DNA of 64,000 bases from Thermoproteota archaeon. Lineage in GTDB: Archaea > Korarchaeota > Korarchaeia > Korarchaeales > Korarchaeaceae. Location of the stretch: the NCBI GenBank assembly GCA_027491915.1, contig JAOZGC010000001.1, forward strand, positions 96,001-160,000, given 5' to 3'. The position numbers were made by a program, and so were the translations under genes. Below are positions 39,654 through 48,916 of the stretch, piece after piece. The notes under the pieces were generated by a model, which worked only from the letters and a program-made list of their open reading frames with translations, had not been told where the DNA came from and ran no database searches. Numbering within the stretch: the stretch's first letter is position 1; every line of letters starts with the position of its first letter.

Positions 39654-41021
39654 CTATTCCCTCCTGGGGTGGATGGCCTCCTTGGGAGCCCTCTCAAAGG
39701 GCTCGAGGTAGGGCCTGAGCGCCTTGGGTATCACCACCGTCCCGTCCGGCTCCTGATAGTTCTCGACTATGGCGGTCAGGGCCCTGGTGGTGGCTATGGC
39801 GGTGCTGTTCAGCGTGTGAACGTAGCCCCTGGTCCCGTCCCCCCTGATGAACCTTATGCCCAGCCTGTGGGACTGCCAGTCGGTGCAGTTGCTGCAGCTC
39901 ACCATCTCCCTGTACCGGCCCTGGGCCGGCATCCACGCCTCCAGGTCGTACTTCCTAGCCGCCGGCGCGCCCAGGTCGTGGGCGCATATGTCCACCACCC
40001 TGTAGGGTATGCCGAGCTCCCTCCACAGCATCTCGGCGTTGGATATGAGCCTCTCGTGCCACTCCCAGCTCTCCTCCGGCATGGAGAACACGACCTGCTC
40101 AACCTTGTGGAACTGGTGGACGCGAAACACGCCCTTCACGTCCCTGCTGTGCCCGGCCCCCGCCTCCTTCCTGAAGCACGGGCTAATCCCCAGGTAGGTC
40201 CTCGGGAGCTGAGCCGGCTGCAGCTCCTCCCCGTAGTGGAGGGCCACCAGGGGGTGCTCGGACGTGGCTATGAGGAACAGGTCCTCCCCCTCTATCTTGT
40301 ATATCGCGTCCTCGAAGTCCTCCAGGGCTACTACTCCTCTGTAGGCGTTTCCCCCGAGCAAGTAGGGCGGCTGGACCAGGGTGAAGCCTGCCGCCGTCAG
40401 CCTGTCCACGGCGAACGCGACGAGGGCCATGTCTAGCCAGACCAGGTCGTCGAACAGATAGAAGAACCTGGATCCGGACACCCGGGCGGCCCTGAGGGTG
40501 TCCGACATCCTCAGCACCTTCTCCATCTCGTCGGCGTGACCGGAGGGCCTCCAGTCCAAGATCTCGTGATCAACCCGGAATCCCCACCGCTCCGTCTCCC
40601 CCCGGAACGTCTCCAGGTGACCCTCCCAGACACGGGGCCTCCCCCAGAACCTGATCGGGATGGAGTCCTCGCCCTCGGGGCAGTCGGGAACCTCCGGGTG
40701 GAGGAGGTTGGGCATGGCCCGCAGGACCTCCTCCCTGGCCTCCCCCACCTCCCTGAACCTGGCCTCCACCTCCTCCAGGCGGGCCGCCAGTTCCCTGGCC
40801 TCAGCTATGAGTTTCCGCCTCTCCTCATCCCCCGCCCCGCGTATGAGGGCGCTGATCCTGTTCCTCCGGGACCTCAGGGAGTCTACCTCCACCTTGAGCT
40901 TCCTCCACTCGTCGTCCAGCTCCCTGGCGCGCCGGGCCAGGGAGGGATCCATCCCCCTCCTGCGCAGGATCTCCCCGACCTCTTCCGGCCTCTCCCTGAG
41001 GGCCGCCAGGACGCTCCACAA
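39654..41021 (-). CDS. serS: Serine--tRNA ligase
   Basis: N-terminal coiled coil, ATSEHP, FRKEAG, VHQFHKVE, SCSNCTDWQS, HTLNST. Confidence 0.97.
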   Translation of the reverse strand: MWSVLAALRERPEEVGEILRRRGMDPSLARRARELDDEWRKLKVEVDSLRSRRNRISALIRGAGDEERRKLIAEARELAARLEEVEARFREVGEAREEVLRAMPNLLHPEVPDCPEGEDSIPIRFWGRPRVWEGHLETFRGETERWGFRVDHEILDWRPSGHADEMEKVLRMSDTLRAARVSGSRFFYLFDDLVWLDMALVAFAVDRLTAAGFTLVQPPYLLGGNAYRGVVALEDFEDAIYKIEGEDLFLIATSEHPLVALHYGEELQPAQLPRTYLGISPCFRKEAGAGHSRDVKGVFRVHQFHKVEQVVFSMPEESWEWHERLISNAEMLWRELGIPYRVVDICAHDLGAPAARKYDLEAWMPAQGRYREMVSCSNCTDWQSHRLGIRFIRGDGTRGYVHTLNSTAIATTRALTAIVENYQEPDGTVVIPKALRPYLEPFERAPKEAIHPRRE

Positions 41022-41063
41022 CTTCCCTCTCCTGGCGGGGGCCGGCCGCCCTTTTAAAATCGC

Positions 41064-42287
41064 TCAGTCCACCCTGGCCCACCTTCCGAACAGGGCCGCG
41101 GCCGCCGCCATGGAGACGGCGGCCGTGACGGCCAGCAAGGCGGCGCCGGGGGCGACTTCCGCCAGGGTTGCCCCTCCCAGCAGGATGGCATCCATTATCT
41201 CGACCGACTTGGCGAACGGGAGCAGCTCCGCCGCCGTCCTGAGGGGCTCCGGCAGGAACTGGATCGGGAAGTAGAGGCCGGACACGAACTGGAGCATTAT
41301 GGCCACCACCACGACCGCCTCGCTCGCCGCCCTCTGGTTCGACGACGCCTCCGCCACCGCCATGCCGATTCCTATGGAGGCCGCGTCCCCCGCCAGCACC
41401 ATGGGGATCATGAGCGGGTCCCAGTTTACGTCCGCCCCGGAGAAGGCCGCCGCGGCGGCCACCAGCACGACCTGGGACAGCGTGAGTATGGCCAGGGCGG
41501 AGAGCAGCTTGCCCGCGAGCACGCTCCAGACGCTGGCGGTCGATAGCCTGATCCTCTTGAGGGTCCCGCCCTCCTTCTCCCCCGCGAGCAGGGCGGTGGA
41601 GGTGACCATGCCGGAGAACAGGTAAGAGTAGGAGATCATGGCGGATATCCAGTGACCCGGATTCTCCCAGTAAGACTCCGCCTCTGCCGTGACCTCGGGC
41701 TTGGAGAGGAGGGCCACCTTGGCCTCCACGGGCCGCATCATGAACTCCAGCCACCTGGCGGCCTCCTCCCTGCTCATCGTCCACCCGCCGGAGCTCAGGT
41801 TCTCGGGCATGTGGGAGACCGCGATCTCCACGGCCCTCCTGCTGAACTCCTCTCCGAACCTGAGGGTGAACTCCGCCGCGAAGCTCGTGAGCATCTGCTT
41901 TATGGTGGCATCCCCCTCCCTCACGTAGAAGCCGACGGCGGCCCTGCGTCCCGAGGTCAGGTTGGCCTGGAATCCCGCCGGGATTATCAGCAGGCCCGAT
42001 ATCCCATCTCTCCCCTCCCTGGCCGCGGCCCTGGCCTCCTCCTGATCTGAGAAGGGGATCAACCTGACCACCCCGGTGGAGTTCATGGCCGAGGCGTAGG
42101 ACCTGGACAGGTTCGTCCCGTCCAGGTCCACGACCGCCACCGGGATGGCCTTCTCCCCACCGCCGCCGAAGATCGATCCGAAGAACAGCATCATCATTAT
42201 CGGGAAGGCCAGGGTCCAGAACACGGTTGACTTGGACCTGAGGAACTCCTTGACATCCTTCTTCAGGATCCCCGTCTCCGGCCTCAT
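41064..42287 (-). CDS. ABC-2 type exporter permease
   Basis: FWTLAFP, extracellular loop, EKEGGTLKR, SGLYFP. Confidence 0.9.
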   Translation of the reverse strand: MRPETGILKKDVKEFLRSKSTVFWTLAFPIMMMLFFGSIFGGGGEKAIPVAVVDLDGTNLSRSYASAMNSTGVVRLIPFSDQEEARAAAREGRDGISGLLIIPAGFQANLTSGRRAAVGFYVREGDATIKQMLTSFAAEFTLRFGEEFSRRAVEIAVSHMPENLSSGGWTMSREEAARWLEFMMRPVEAKVALLSKPEVTAEAESYWENPGHWISAMISYSYLFSGMVTSTALLAGEKEGGTLKRIRLSTASVWSVLAGKLLSALAILTLSQVVLVAAAAAFSGADVNWDPLMIPMVLAGDAASIGIGMAVAEASSNQRAASEAVVVVAIMLQFVSGLYFPIQFLPEPLRTAAELLPFAKSVEIMDAILLGGATLAEVAPGAALLAVTAAVSMAAAAALFGRWARVD

Positions 42288-43219
42288 GCGACCGCCTCCC
42301 TGAGACTCTTCCCGGTTAGGTTCATGAACACGTCCTCCAGCGTCGGCGACCTGATCTGAACCGCCTCGGATCCTATCCCGGCCGAGTTAAGCGTGGAGAT
42401 GACCTCGGGCACCATCCTCTCCGGGTCCTCCGCCTCCATCACTATGCCGTCCGGCGTGAGCCTCCCCCCCCATCCGGACAGGACCTCCAGGGCCCGGGCC
42501 TCATCCCTCATCCTCACCCTGACCACCACCTTAGATCTCCCGCCGAACCTCCTCTTCAGGTCGTCGGGATCTCCCACCTCCACCACCCTGCCGGCGTCCA
42601 TGACCGCCACCCTGTCGCACAGCTCGTCGGCCTCCTCCATGTAGTGGGTCGAGAGGATGACTGTCCTCCCCCGGCCCTTCATGTCCAGTATCACCTCCCA
42701 GAAGTCCCTCCTGGCGTCCGGATCGAGTCCCACGGTCGGCTCGTCCATTATGACCACGATTGGGTCGGTCAGCAGGGACGCCGCCAGGCTGACCCTCCTC
42801 TTCAGACCCCCGCTCAGCTTCCCGAACCTCCTCCCCATGATGTCCGATATGGAGAGGGCCTCGGCGATCTCCCGCACCGCCACCTCGAACCTCTCCTCAT
42901 CCATTGAGTAGAGAGAGGCTATGAACTCCAGGTTCTCCTCGACCGTCAGGTCCCCATACAGCATGGTCTCCTGGGGAACGAAGGCGACGACGTCTCCCAC
43001 GGGCTCCCTGGTGGGATCCCTGCCGGCCACCCGGACCTTCCCCGAATCCGGCCTCCTCAGGCCGACCAGGATCTCCATGAGCGTGGTCTTCCCCGCGCCG
43101 TTCGGCCCAAGCAGCCCGAAGACCTCCCCCTCCATGACCTCCAGGCTGACCCCATCGAGGGCGATCACCTCGCCGTATCTCTTGCTCACCCCGACGGCCT
43201 CCACGACCGGGCTCCCCAA
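42284..43219 (-). CDS. ABC-2 type exporter ATPase
   Basis: GPNGAGKT, LSGG, DEPTVGLD, THYMEEA. Confidence 0.95.
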   Translation of the reverse strand: MGSPVVEAVGVSKRYGEVIALDGVSLEVMEGEVFGLLGPNGAGKTTLMEILVGLRRPDSGKVRVAGRDPTREPVGDVVAFVPQETMLYGDLTVEENLEFIASLYSMDEERFEVAVREIAEALSISDIMGRRFGKLSGGLKRRVSLAASLLTDPIVVIMDEPTVGLDPDARRDFWEVILDMKGRGRTVILSTHYMEEADELCDRVAVMDAGRVVEVGDPDDLKRRFGGRSKVVVRVRMRDEARALEVLSGWGGRLTPDGIVMEAEDPERMVPEVISTLNSAGIGSEAVQIRSPTLEDVFMNLTGKSLREAVA

Positions 43220-43251
43220 GACCGACGCACCGACAATAAGTTAGAATTTCT

Positions 43252-43277
43252 GATAATTTAAATTTAACTAAATTATC
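43252..43277. promoter_or_regulatory. AT-rich inverted repeat overlapping the promoter of the ABC-2 exporter
   Basis: GATAATTTA-n8-TAAATTATC perfect 9-bp arms. Confidence 0.6.
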
Positions 43278-44098
43278 GGCAGGTAGAAGGAGAAGGAGAT
43301 CGGGGCCGCCCCCTCCCCGGGGCACTCCTCCTCCACCTCGAGGACGACGCCGCCCCTCCTCCCCCTCTTGGTCCTCAGGATGACCTCCGGCCTCCCCCCT
43401 CCGCCGCAGTCGGACCTCGCCACCACGAGGACCGGGATCCCCTCGACCTCCGCCTCCTCGACCTCGAATCTCTCGGAGAAGAGCTCCCCAACCTCCTCCA
43501 ACAGCCTGACGATCGCCTCCTCCCCGTTCCCGACGATCCTCCCCGCCACCTTCCTACCCTCATCGGTCAGGAGAATCCTCTCGGCGTTCCTGGAGTAGGT
43601 CAGGAACTGGCTGGCCCTCAGCTCCACGAACCTCAGCGGGTCGTCACCCCTGAGGGCCCACTTCATCGCCCCCACCAGCAGCCCGTGAACGCCCACCTTG
43701 TCGAGCACGTCGGCGTCGTGCAGGGCCGCCTGCTCAGGCGAGACGTACCTCCCGGAGTACATCCACCTTATGGCCTCGGCCACCTTATCCGCCAGCTCCT
43801 CCCCTCCCCCGCAGCCGACCACGATCTCCCTGGCCGACTCAGCGGACGCCAGCTCGTCCTCTCCCCTTCCTAGGACCCGTCCGCCGCTGAACTTCCCCAC
43901 GTCGTGGAGCAGGCCGGCCAGGGCCGCCACCATGGGATCCCCCCCCTCTGATAGGGCCAACCTCCTTGAGAGCCGGGAAACCCGGAGGGAGTGCGCCAGG
44001 AGGCTCCTGGGCTCCGGGGGGGACTCCCTGAGCAGCCTCTCCTCTGCGCCCGTCAGCCCGCGCTCGACGGCCGACCTGACCCTGAAGTATAGGTCCAT
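43268..44098 (-). CDS. HD-domain phosphohydrolase with C-terminal extension
   Basis: HSLRV, LLHDVGK, DADVLD. Confidence 0.88.
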   Translation of the reverse strand: MDLYFRVRSAVERGLTGAEERLLRESPPEPRSLLAHSLRVSRLSRRLALSEGGDPMVAALAGLLHDVGKFSGGRVLGRGEDELASAESAREIVVGCGGGEELADKVAEAIRWMYSGRYVSPEQAALHDADVLDKVGVHGLLVGAMKWALRGDDPLRFVELRASQFLTYSRNAERILLTDEGRKVAGRIVGNGEEAIVRLLEEVGELFSERFEVEEAEVEGIPVLVVARSDCGGGGRPEVILRTKRGRRGGVVLEVEEECPGEGAAPISFSFYLPII

Positions 44099-44151
44099 CG
44101 GGGGCGCTTCGACCGTGGGAGATTATAACGTCGCGGAGACCCGGCCCGTTT

Positions 44152-45150
44152 GTGATATCGGCCGTTGTGCTTGCCGGCGGCAGGGGCAGGAGGTTCCAGT
44201 CCGGCGGCGATTGGGTCGACAAGCTGGCGGCCGAGCTGGGTGGGAGACCGGTGATCTCCAGGGTCCTCTCGGCGGTCTCTGAGGTCGCCTCCGAGGTTGT
44301 CGTGGCCGTCGACTCCCCCGAGAGGGGCAGGAGGTACCTGGAATTCGTCCCGGCCGGGGTGGATTCGAGGCTGGCCCTGGATCCGCCGTCGCCCTACAGA
44401 TCTCCGGCGCTGGGCGTCTTCTCGGGAGTCTCTTCAGCCCGGGGGGATGTAATCTTGGTCGTCCCTGGGGACGCGGCCTTCGTCAGGCCGGCCGCCCTCG
44501 AGGGTCTCGCGCGGGCGGTCTCCCCCGGCGGGTCAGAGGCGTCGGCGCCGATGTGGTCCGGCGGGATCGTGGAGACCCTGTTCATGGCCCTGGACGGGGA
44601 TTGGGCCAGGGAGGCGGCAGCCCTCCTGGCGGATGGCGGCTGGCGGAGGCCCGACGGCCTCATCAGGGGCGCCCCCCGCGCCTCCCTGCTGCCGGCGGAG
44701 GACCTCTCCGGCGGGGACTGCCGCACCTTCATGACCGTGAACACCAGGGAGGACCTCGAATCTGGTCTCCTCAGGCCCGGACCGGGCGGAAGGGAGATCA
44801 GGCTGAGCGGCGGCGACGTCCGGCCGTCCGACGTCCCCTCCACCGGGTTGGCGGATCTCCTGAGGGCGGCCCCCTTCTGGGCCGGGGTCCTAGCCCTCGC
44901 CGGTCGCTCCCCGGACGCGGCGGTCGGGGTGGAGGCCTTTCGCCTCGAGGCGTCCAAACTCTCGGCGGTCGGGGTGGACTTCCTGGCCGCCCACGCGCTG
45001 AAAGACGCCGCCAGGGCCGCCCGGATGGCCGGCATGCCGGGTGCCGCCGAGGACCTCCGCTCTGAGGCTGAGGCCATCCTCAATTCTCTCGACAGAGGGT
45101 CGTGCGAGGTAGGCCTCAGGAGATTCTCCTCGGAGATGAGAATATCCTGA
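44152..45150 (+). CDS. mobA: MobA-like molybdenum cofactor guanylyltransferase with helical C-terminal extension
   Basis: LAGGRGRRF...DK, PGD, VNTREDL; adjacent to fdhD. Confidence 0.8.
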   Translation: MISAVVLAGGRGRRFQSGGDWVDKLAAELGGRPVISRVLSAVSEVASEVVVAVDSPERGRRYLEFVPAGVDSRLALDPPSPYRSPALGVFSGVSSARGDVILVVPGDAAFVRPAALEGLARAVSPGGSEASAPMWSGGIVETLFMALDGDWAREAAALLADGGWRRPDGLIRGAPRASLLPAEDLSGGDCRTFMTVNTREDLESGLLRPGPGGREIRLSGGDVRPSDVPSTGLADLLRAAPFWAGVLALAGRSPDAAVGVEAFRLEASKLSAVGVDFLAAHALKDAARAARMAGMPGAAEDLRSEAEAILNSLDRGSCEVGLRRFSSEMRIS

Positions 45151-45871
45151 CCCCAGCCCCTAGTATCCAGACCAAGGTCAGGTCGGCCCTGACGGCGTAG
45201 TCCACGGCCAGGGAGGTGGGCGCCGAGAGGGAGGCCACCACAGGGACGTTGGCCCTGGCGGCCTTCGACACTATGTCGGAGCTCGCCCGACCCGACACCC
45301 CGAGCAGCTTGTCCGACATGTCCACCCCGGCCAGGAGGCCCCACCCTATCAGCTTGTCCACGGCGTTGTGCCTGCCGACGTCCTCCGCGAACCCGACCAT
45401 CTCGCCCCGTCCGTCGGCCAGAACGGCCGAGTGGGCCCCCCTGGTCCTGGCGTAGGCCCGGCTCGTGGCCAGCAGCCGCGGGATCGACAGCAGGACCTGG
45501 GGGTCGAACCTCGCCTCCGACCTGACCCTCGAGTCGGGGGGCGGCATGTAGACCGCGCACCCCGACTCCAGCACCGGGGCCTCCTCCCTCTCTGGGGACT
45601 CACCGAGGCCAGTTCTGAGTCTGACCCTGGCGCCCAGTGGGAACATCTCCACCTCGGCTACGTCGTCCGGTCCGGAGATCAACCCTGAGGAGAAGAGGTG
45701 CCCGAAGACGAACTCCCTCTCCATCCCGGGCGTCATGGCGAAGGTCCTGTACCTCCTGCCCTCGAGATATATCGTGAACTCCCTCTCCTCTATCAGGCTG
45801 AGCCGCACCTCCCTCGCGCCTGCGGCCGGGTCCCAGCTTATCGCCCTGAACTCCCTGAACTCCCCCGCCAA
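45116..45871 (-). CDS. fdhD: Formate dehydrogenase accessory sulfurtransferase FdhD
   Basis: SGC, TRGAHSA, EDVGRHNAVDK, SGR, SAPT. TTG 45871 follows its own TATA at about 45903-45909. Confidence 0.93.
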   Translation of the reverse strand: MAGEFREFRAISWDPAAGAREVRLSLIEEREFTIYLEGRRYRTFAMTPGMEREFVFGHLFSSGLISGPDDVAEVEMFPLGARVRLRTGLGESPEREEAPVLESGCAVYMPPPDSRVRSEARFDPQVLLSIPRLLATSRAYARTRGAHSAVLADGRGEMVGFAEDVGRHNAVDKLIGWGLLAGVDMSDKLLGVSGRASSDIVSKAARANVPVVASLSAPTSLAVDYAVRADLTLVWILGAGVRIFSSPRRIS

Positions 45872-45918
45872 GGAGGCTCCCGACCGGGAGACCTCTGGGG
45901 TTGATAAAGGTTGAGAGC

Positions 45919-46007
45919 CCACGGGGGGCCTCAGGCCGCCCGTCACTCCTCACCTCGGGTCGAGCCTCGGCGCGACATCCCTTCACCTCTTCACCGGCCC
46001 CCGGTGG
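45919..46007 (-). ncRNA. Box C/D methylation-guide sRNA; D guide targets 16S rRNA C1402 (E. coli numbering)
   Basis: Terminal stem CCACCGGGGGCC/GGCCCCCCGTGG, C-like GTGAAGA (45988-94), D' CCGA, C' GTGAGGA (45947-53), D CTGA (45931-34), guide GTGACGGGCGG, upstream TTTTTAT box. Confidence 0.85.
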
Positions 46008-46037
46008 ACGGGGGATTGGCGGATAAAAATTCGAACC

Positions 46038-46514
46038 TCAGGCCGACCTGGAGGACAGGACGGACAGGATGAACTCGTCTATCCCCTCGGACCACCTCCT
46101 CTTTATCACGACCTCGTTCCTGTAGATCACCACGGCGGCCACGTAGGGGCCCTCGCCGACGAAGACCTTGGGCTTCTCGGAGACGGGCTCCAGGAAGCCC
46201 AGCCTGACCATGGCCGTCACCAGGGAGTAGACCTTCTTGTGTTTCGGGAATAAGAAGGCCATCTCCCCGTCGAAGGCTATGCACCTCCTCCCCATGACGA
46301 GCATGCCCCTCTTCCCGGCGAGTCTCTCGAAGGCGTTGTCTATCAACCTCATTATCATCCCGGCGTCGGCCCTTGTGAGGGCGGCCTTCCTCCCCCTGCC
46401 GTAGATCCTGCCCAGGATGGACACTATCCCGCCGCCCCCCTTCTTCCCTCCCCCTCCCTCCTCCTTTCTCTCCTCCTCCCCACCCTCCTCCCTATCTCCC
46501 CCGTCCCTCTGCAA
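46038..46514 (-). CDS. Hypothetical protein with E/G/K-rich N-terminus
   Basis: Own T-rich promoter (about 46560-46575) and SD; typical codon usage; no motif recognised. Confidence 0.6.
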   Translation of the reverse strand: MQRDGGDREEGGEEERKEEGGGGKKGGGGIVSILGRIYGRGRKAALTRADAGMIMRLIDNAFERLAGKRGMLVMGRRCIAFDGEMAFLFPKHKKVYSLVTAMVRLGFLEPVSEKPKVFVGEGPYVAAVVIYRNEVVIKRRWSEGIDEFILSVLSSRSA

Positions 46515-46598
46515 AGCCTATCCCCTCTGCGCGATCTCGATCGAATCCCAGGCGGCGGAGAAAAAATAAAAAATTGGGCGCGTGGGGGCCCGGCGGGC

Positions 46599-48293
46599 TC
46601 ATATCCACCCGACTCCCTCCGAGGGGCGTTTCCTCTTCGGGCCCTCTCCCCTTCCAGTCCTCCTCGGCCCGCTCGGCCCTCTCCGGGAGGCCCTCTCACC
46701 CCTCGGGATGGCCGCCCTCCCTCCCTTCTCGGCCTTCTTGGCCCTCCTTCCTCTCCTCGGGACCCGCCTCTTCTTCAAGGCTGGTTTGGTCCCCCTCCTA
46801 GATCTCCTCCACCTCCAGATCTTCCTGACCCCGACCAGAGCCCCGACGCCGCCCAGGATGGACGCCGCGCCGAGCAGGATGGGCTCTGACCCGGGGGGCA
46901 GGATCTCCCTCTCCTCGGCCTCTGCCGGGGGAGACACCACGAGGTTGGCGGTCTCGTTTCCCGCCGAAACCAGGTAGACGCCGATCCTCGGGGGGAGGAA
47001 CCTGAAGGTCACGTTGACGCTGGATTCGGGGGGGACCTCCACCTCCCTCGCCCCCACTCCGCTCCCGTTGAGCTCGATGGACACCGGGCACCTGACCCCC
47101 GTCTCTCCCGGGTTGCTCAGGACGACCGTGGCGTTCACCGAGGAGCCCACCACCACGCTGTCCCTCTCCAGGGAGAGGTCCACTATCTCGCAGGATCCTG
47201 GGGTGATCACGTGGACGGTGATCGGCCGGAGGTTGTTGACCCTTATCTCGTGATCCCCGGGCTCGTCCAACCTGATGACCCACGTCTCGTGCAGGCTGGA
47301 CGCTGGCTGAACCGTCACGGTGCGCCTCTGATCGCTGAGCTCCGACCCGTCGACGAACAGCTTCAGCGTGGCCTCTCCCTCGCTCTCCCCCAAATTGGCC
47401 ACGGTCACGGTCACCGCCACCTTGCCGCCTGGGTAGATAGAGGTCTCGTTGGCTATCAGGCCGGAGACCTCTATGTTCGGGCCGCCGAGCACGTGGACCA
47501 CCTGGGTCCTGTCCCCCACGGTTACCTGGTGGTCGCCCGGCTCGCCCATGGTCAGCCTGAAGGTGACGACCTCGGAATCGCCCGGATCCAGGTGGATCCT
47601 CTTGGTCCCGGCCGCCCCGCCGTCCACGTACACCCTGACCTGCTCGTCCGCGGGGGCCGTCCCGTCGTTGACGAGGGTCGCCCTGACCACCACCTCTCCC
47701 CCGACCTCGACCTCCCTAGGGTTGACGCTCATGTCGGCCACCCTGACCCTGGCCACGGCCCTCAGGGTGACCTCGGCGTGGGGGCGGCAGCCGGGCTCGC
47801 TGGGACTCGTCTGCGCCCAGACCTCCAGGAACCTGGACACGTCCCCCACCCCCCCGTACACTATCCATATCTTGAACGTGCCCGACTCTCCGGGGGTCCT
47901 GAGGAGGACGCTCCCCTCCAGGGTCACCTCCTGCTGGGGCACCCCGTCGTATATCACCTTGTAGTAGCCGGACGGCGGAGGATAGCTGGGCGTCCACGAG
48001 GGGACCACCATCAGCACGATGTGGCTTCCAGGGGGGAGCTTGGCCGGGTTGATCACTATCCTGTACCTTATGGTCAGGGTCCTGCCGGCGTCCAGGGTGG
48101 TGGTCCTCTGGAAGCCCGGCGAGCTGTCCAGGTCGACGTAGTCGACCTTGACCACGTCTTGAGGGGTCAGCTTGTTGCACGGGACGGCGCAGGCCCCCGT
48201 CGGGGTCCGCAGGGGGGCCGCGGCCGCCCCGCCCGCCGCGGCCGCCGACAGGAAGATCAGCGCGGCCGCCGGGATCGCCATGGCGCGGGGCAT
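46599..48293 (-). CDS. Secreted CARDB-repeat surface protein with C-terminal TM and long basic tail
   Basis: Signal peptide; three CARDB-like units (VNDG, ANLG, SNPG); TM followed by about 70 aa R/K-rich tail. Confidence 0.8.
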   Translation of the reverse strand: MPRAMAIPAAALIFLSAAAAGGAAAAPLRTPTGACAVPCNKLTPQDVVKVDYVDLDSSPGFQRTTTLDAGRTLTIRYRIVINPAKLPPGSHIVLMVVPSWTPSYPPPSGYYKVIYDGVPQQEVTLEGSVLLRTPGESGTFKIWIVYGGVGDVSRFLEVWAQTSPSEPGCRPHAEVTLRAVARVRVADMSVNPREVEVGGEVVVRATLVNDGTAPADEQVRVYVDGGAAGTKRIHLDPGDSEVVTFRLTMGEPGDHQVTVGDRTQVVHVLGGPNIEVSGLIANETSIYPGGKVAVTVTVANLGESEGEATLKLFVDGSELSDQRRTVTVQPASSLHETWVIRLDEPGDHEIRVNNLRPITVHVITPGSCEIVDLSLERDSVVVGSSVNATVVLSNPGETGVRCPVSIELNGSGVGAREVEVPPESSVNVTFRFLPPRIGVYLVSAGNETANLVVSPPAEAEEREILPPGSEPILLGAASILGGVGALVGVRKIWRWRRSRRGTKPALKKRRVPRRGRRAKKAEKGGRAAIPRGERASRRGPSGPRRTGRGEGPKRKRPSEGVGWI

Positions 48294-48409
48294 GCTATCG
48301 CTCCCCCGGTACCTCCGGGTGTATATAGATCCCCCTAGTCGTCCGGCTCATCCCCGGCGAGATCCTCCGGATTTTTTATAGTGCGGCGGGGCCTCCACCG
48401 GGTGGGAGT

Positions 48410-48916
48410 ATGGGGGGAAGCCGGGAAGTCTCCCTCGAGGTCGTCGATCTGACCCCCCCGGAGGGGTGCAGCGTCATCCTCGGCCAGACCCACTTCATAA
48501 AGAGCGTGGAGGACATATACGAGGCGCTGGCCGACTCGGCCCCCGAGATAAGGTTTGGAATCGCCTTCTGCGAGTCCTCCGGCGACAGACTGATCAGACA
48601 CTCGGGAAACGACGAGGACATGGAGGAGGCCGCCGTCGAGATGGCCAAGAGGCTCGGCGCCGGCCACTCCTTCGTCGCCGTGTTCCGGGGAGCATGGCCC
48701 GTCAACGTCCTCCCCAGGCTCAGGGGGGTCCCGGAGATCGTGACCCTCTTCGCGGCCACGTCCAACCCGCTCAGGGTTGTGGTGGCTCACGCCGGGGATC
48801 AGAGGGGGGTGGTGGCCGTACTCGACGGGTTCGCCCCGCTGGGAGTTGAGGGGGATGAGGGAAGGGCCTGGAGGAGGGACGTGGTGAGGAAGTTCGGCTA
48901 CAAGGAGCCGGGGTGA
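48410..48916 (+). CDS. PAE2307/TT1634-like adenosine/AMP-binding protein (putative adenosine-specific kinase family)
   Basis: ILGQTHFIKSVED, FCESSG, AGHSF, ATSNP, DG, GYK. Confidence 0.88.
   Translation: MGGSREVSLEVVDLTPPEGCSVILGQTHFIKSVEDIYEALADSAPEIRFGIAFCESSGDRLIRHSGNDEDMEEAAVEMAKRLGAGHSFVAVFRGAWPVNVLPRLRGVPEIVTLFAATSNPLRVVVAHAGDQRGVVAVLDGFAPLGVEGDEGRAWRRDVVRKFGYKEPG

Noticed and set aside
45872-45946. N-terminal extension of FdhD in the ORF track
   Set aside because: Overlaps the C/D sRNA and the fdhD TATA; TTG 45871 fits better
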